This document shows positions 17,975 to 20,349 of a stretch of 20,349 nt of DNA, one piece after another (the first letter of the stretch is position 1; each line of letters starts with the position of its first letter). A program made the translations under genes and the position numbers. Location: contig JBHIAT010000055.1 in assembly GCA_046758705.1 (NCBI GenBank), forward strand, positions 1-20,349, written 5' to 3'. The notes beneath the pieces are model-generated. The model was not told where the DNA came from. It was given only the letters and a program-made list of their open reading frames with translations, and ran no database searches. The stretch comes from Candidatus Bipolaricaulia bacterium. GTDB taxonomy: Bacteria > Bipolaricaulota > Bipolaricaulia > JBHIAT01.

Positions 17975-18595
17975 ATGCCTGATCTACTGAGGTTGGGGTC
18001 AACCTCCTGCTTGATCGTGATGGTGATGATGATCGCCTCCGTCTCCGTCTCTGTCTACAGCTACGACTATGAAGAGTTTGAATCCCGAATGTTAAGAGTA
18101 ATCCAGGCCTACTACCCTGATCTATTCCAGATGAACCCGACCCGGCCGGTTGAGATCATCCGGGGAATCTGGGGAGCCTGGGAGCAAACGGGGGTCGATC
18201 CTTGGCTGCTTGCCGCCGTCTGTGCCCGGGAGAATGAATTCAGAAATCGCCCGGGCGCTGCTGGTGAAGTCGGCTACTGTCAGATGATGTCGGAGACGAT
18301 CCGGGTGGTCGGCCGGCTGCTTAAGATCTCCACTGCACCTGAGACGTTCCATCTCCGTGTCGACCTTCAGTTCCTGTTCGCGGGCACGTGGCTCCAATAC
18401 AACATCAATAATTACGGGCTCCTGGAAGGAATCGCCCGTTACAACCACACCTCCCACCAAGACCGATATGTTCAGCAGGTCCTACGAATAACTGCGGCGT
18501 TCCGCTACAGCGACGGCGAGAGAGAGTGGCTGTTTTACAATGACCCCTCCCTGTTTTTCTCTGGACCCTCTGGGGATGATGATCATCTTATGTGA
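17975..18595 (+). CDS. Lytic transglycosylase (SLT-domain) protein, secreted or membrane-anchored
   Basis: N-terminal hydrophobic segment; GVDPWLLAAVCAREN.F (catalytic Glu), AGEVGYCQMM (GLMQ-like), IARYN, YVQQV. SD GGAGG. Confidence 0.75.
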   Translation: MPDLLRLGSTSCLIVMVMMIASVSVSVYSYDYEEFESRMLRVIQAYYPDLFQMNPTRPVEIIRGIWGAWEQTGVDPWLLAAVCARENEFRNRPGAAGEVGYCQMMSETIRVVGRLLKISTAPETFHLRVDLQFLFAGTWLQYNINNYGLLEGIARYNHTSHQDRYVQQVLRITAAFRYSDGEREWLFYNDPSLFFSGPSGDDDHLM

Positions 18596-19052
18596 GTGGG
18601 GGAGGGACGTTCAGCTTCAACCAGAAGCTATTGACACCCTGGATCAGCTCCTCAAGATCCTTGTACTCCATCGGTTTCATCAGATACCCATTCGCTCCAC
18701 TATCGTAGCATCTCACCAGATCCTGCCTCGTGATGGAGGCGGTCAGAATCACCACCGGGATACGCCTCAACACCGGGGTGCTCTTGATGCGCTCAAGCAC
18801 CTCAAACCCATCCACTTTGGGTAAGTTGAGGTCGAGCAGGATGAGCCTCGGCAGTGGATACTGGTTGTGATCCGTATACGGTCTGCGGCCAAACAGGTAA
18901 TCCAAAGCCTCTTGTCCATCCCGGACGACATGCACCTGACTCGCGATCGCTTGCTTCTTGCAGGCTCGCAGGATCGAGATGATGTCGTTTTCATCGTTCT
19001 CAACGAGCAGAACCTGGATATCAGTCACCGTCACGTTCATGTTCGTGTTCAT
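18588..19052 (-). CDS. Single-domain response regulator RR3, near-duplicate of RR2
   Basis: By manual count, 141/154 aa are identical to RR2. The acidic pocket reads VEND instead of VEDD. Confidence 0.92.
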   Translation of the reverse strand: MNTNMNVTVTDIQVLLVENDENDIISILRACKKQAIASQVHVVRDGQEALDYLFGRRPYTDHNQYPLPRLILLDLNLPKVDGFEVLERIKSTPVLRRIPVVILTASITRQDLVRCYDSGANGYLMKPMEYKDLEELIQGVNSFWLKLNVPPPLT

Positions 19053-19095
19053 GTTATGGGCTCAACTCTATCCCATTGCTTTCTCATTACTGAAC

Positions 19096-19212
19096 TGAAA
19101 CCAGGAAGGACAGGGTTAGTAAGGCGCCTTCTGAAGCTCAAGACGCATCCTCAACCTTGAAGGAGGTGATTAAGGTAGGAAACCCTCACTGCCCTGTCCT
19201 TCCTACGTTTCA
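19096..19212. other. Long stem-loop element (candidate structured RNA)
   Basis: AGGAAGGACAGGG (19103-19115) pairs perfectly with CCCTGTCCTTCCT (19192-19204). The stem is extended by TGAAAC/GTTTCA outside and TAGT.AGG/CCT.ACTG inside. Confidence 0.6.
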
Positions 19213-19258
19213 AGATCTTGCTTCCTTGATCGTGGATGATCTCTGTTGCCGTCATCGG

Positions 19259-19843
19259 TTACACACCACTGACGGTATAAACGAGCGTGATCGCATAGTC
19301 TCCGTCTCGATGTCTCTTCTTATCGAATAGCACTTTGTAATTGATTCCGATCGCCTGTTGCTTTCGGCCGATTGCCACCGTTTGATATGTCCGGGAAATC
19401 GCTTGGTAGCTCCCTCCATCTGCCCGCCACAAAAAGTCACTTAACGGTTTGGTGTACGTCCGATCGTGGCTCGTTCCCATATCTGTCGCGCGGGTACTGA
19501 CGCTGAGCACCCAATCGGTGTTGCTCCAAACACTCCCCTCGACGGCATCGACAATCTCGATGAACCCGACCTCAAAATCTCTGGCGGTAGGGATGGGCAG
19601 TGTAAAGGTAGAGGCTGCGGTTGAGGAATCGACCTGTGTGACATCAACAAGCGGTGAGCTGGAACGGATACTCAGCTGAATGATGTAAGGGATCTCGAAG
19701 GTGACGGTTGCGGCTGACTCTGATCGGACGGAACCGGCTTGAACCGTTGAGGAAAGTAAAAGTAACACCAGAGAAATCAAAGAAGACAGGATGACCATTG
19801 CGGTCCAGCCTGTCCAGGTTGGATTTGAGCTGTACTTTTTCAT
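19259..19843 (-). CDS. Secreted beta-rich protein, fimbrial/pilin-like
   Basis: Signal peptide ending VQA|G; alternating beta-strand patterns; SNTDWVLSV; C-terminal GDYAITLVYTV resembling the G-x-Y..L-x-Y-T ends of Csu/CS1/WxL-type subunits. SD AAGGA. Confidence 0.7.
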   Translation of the reverse strand: MKKYSSNPTWTGWTAMVILSSLISLVLLLLSSTVQAGSVRSESAATVTFEIPYIIQLSIRSSSPLVDVTQVDSSTAASTFTLPIPTARDFEVGFIEIVDAVEGSVWSNTDWVLSVSTRATDMGTSHDRTYTKPLSDFLWRADGGSYQAISRTYQTVAIGRKQQAIGINYKVLFDKKRHRDGDYAITLVYTVSGV

Positions 19844-19844
19844 T

Positions 19845-19932
19845 GTCCTTCGGCAGCCCAGCCACCCTCGGCTTTACGTTAGGGTCTGTGGCTTTGTGTC
19901 CCTCCCTTTCGGGAGGTTTACCCTTTCGGGAC
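19845..19932 (-). ncRNA. c-di-GMP-I (GEMM) riboswitch, proximal aptamer
   Basis: GGGUAAA-CCUCCC-GAAA-GGGAGG-GACACAAAGCCACAGACCCUAA...AGGGUGGCUGGGCUGCCGAAGGAC: P2 with GNRA loop, GACRCAAAGCC core, P3, and GCUGCCGA 3' end. It overlaps the SD. Confidence 0.93.
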
Positions 19933-19942
19933 CGGTAAACCC

Positions 19943-20037
19943 CCTTCGGCAGCCCGGCAATCTTAATCAGCTTTAAGTTCTGTTTAAGACCCGTGGCTTT
20001 GTGTCCCCTGCTCACGCAGGGTTTACCCGTTCGAGTG
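19943..20037 (-). ncRNA. c-di-GMP-I (GEMM) riboswitch, distal aptamer
   Basis: GGGUAAA-CCCUGC-GUGA-GCAGGG-GACACAAAGCCACGGGUCUUAA...UUAAGAUUGCCGGGCUGCCGAA, with compensatory stem changes relative to the proximal aptamer. Confidence 0.93.
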
Positions 20038-20125
20038 GATTGCTATCAAAGACCTTTACTTTAATATACCCTCAAATCGAGCACTTTATAGTTATTGTTA
20101 CCATGTTCACCTTTTCAGCGGACAG

Positions 20126-20219
20126 AGGTCCCATCCCTCAGTCACGAAGTGGATATTCTTGGTTAACGCTCGCCCTTCACCCATATAGAAGGATGGAGGC
20201 TAAAATCTTGAGAGAGATG
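20126..20219 (+). repeat. Leader shared by the pilB-like gene and pilT, copy B
   Basis: Colinear with 12084-12180. Confidence 0.85.
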
Positions 20220-20349
20220 ATCAACAACGTTGAAGAGATCCTGACCCAGGCATATCAGTGCGGGGCTTCCGATATCCATATCACCGTCGGAAGGCCGCCG
20301 ACCTACCGCATCCACGGCAAGCTGGTCCCATGGCGTGAGGGCGGCGCCG
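20217..20349 (+). CDS. pilT: Type IV pilus retraction ATPase PilT/PilU, 5' partial
   Basis: MINNVEEILTQAYQCGASDIHITVGRPPTYRIHGKLVP matches the PilT N-terminal ASD.H...G.PP..R.HG.L motif. Runs off the window edge. Confidence 0.85.
   Translation, partial: MINNVEEILTQAYQCGASDIHITVGRPPTYRIHGKLVPWREGGA

Noticed and set aside
19644-20015. 123-aa minus-strand ORF with an internal repeat (GHKAT...AGLPK twice)
   Set aside because: The repeat is simply the translation of the two riboswitch aptamers.
19845-20037. cGAMP-specific (GEMM-Ib) assignment of the riboswitches
   Set aside because: Both aptamers have G, not A, at the discriminating position 20 (GGGUAAA).
1-20349. CRISPR array, tRNA/rRNA, transposase or integrase
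   Set aside because: No regularly spaced repeats, cloverleaf or rRNA signatures, or recombinase motifs were seen.

Overview
Bacterial genomic DNA of moderately high GC; lineage cannot be determined reliably from this window. It has two halves. (1) 264-9405 is a + strand nucleoside/sugar catabolic cluster: a nucleoside hydrolase, two SxxK serine hydrolases, two xylose-isomerase-like TIM barrels, a divergent PdxA-family enzyme, a ribose-type ABC transporter and RbsD. Two promoters carry an identical LacI-type operator, and a probable relic of the LacI repressor follows the second. (2) 9460-20349 holds dinB, three orphan single-domain response regulators, an MshEN-PilB/GspE that has lost its ATPase core, a Crp/Fnr regulator, a CDC48/p97-type AAA ATPase with a Ser1 LAGLIDADG intein, a lytic transglycosylase, a secreted pilin-like protein under two tandem c-di-GMP-I riboswitches, and the start of pilT. 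The best candidate for an undescribed system is a duplicated c-di-GMP/pilus cassette (receiver - pilin-like gene - shared leader - type IV pilus ATPase), in which the linker between the tandem riboswitches can pair with either aptamer. About six loci show clean internal deletions, which need read-level verification. All family calls come from motif recognition by eye; no searches were run.
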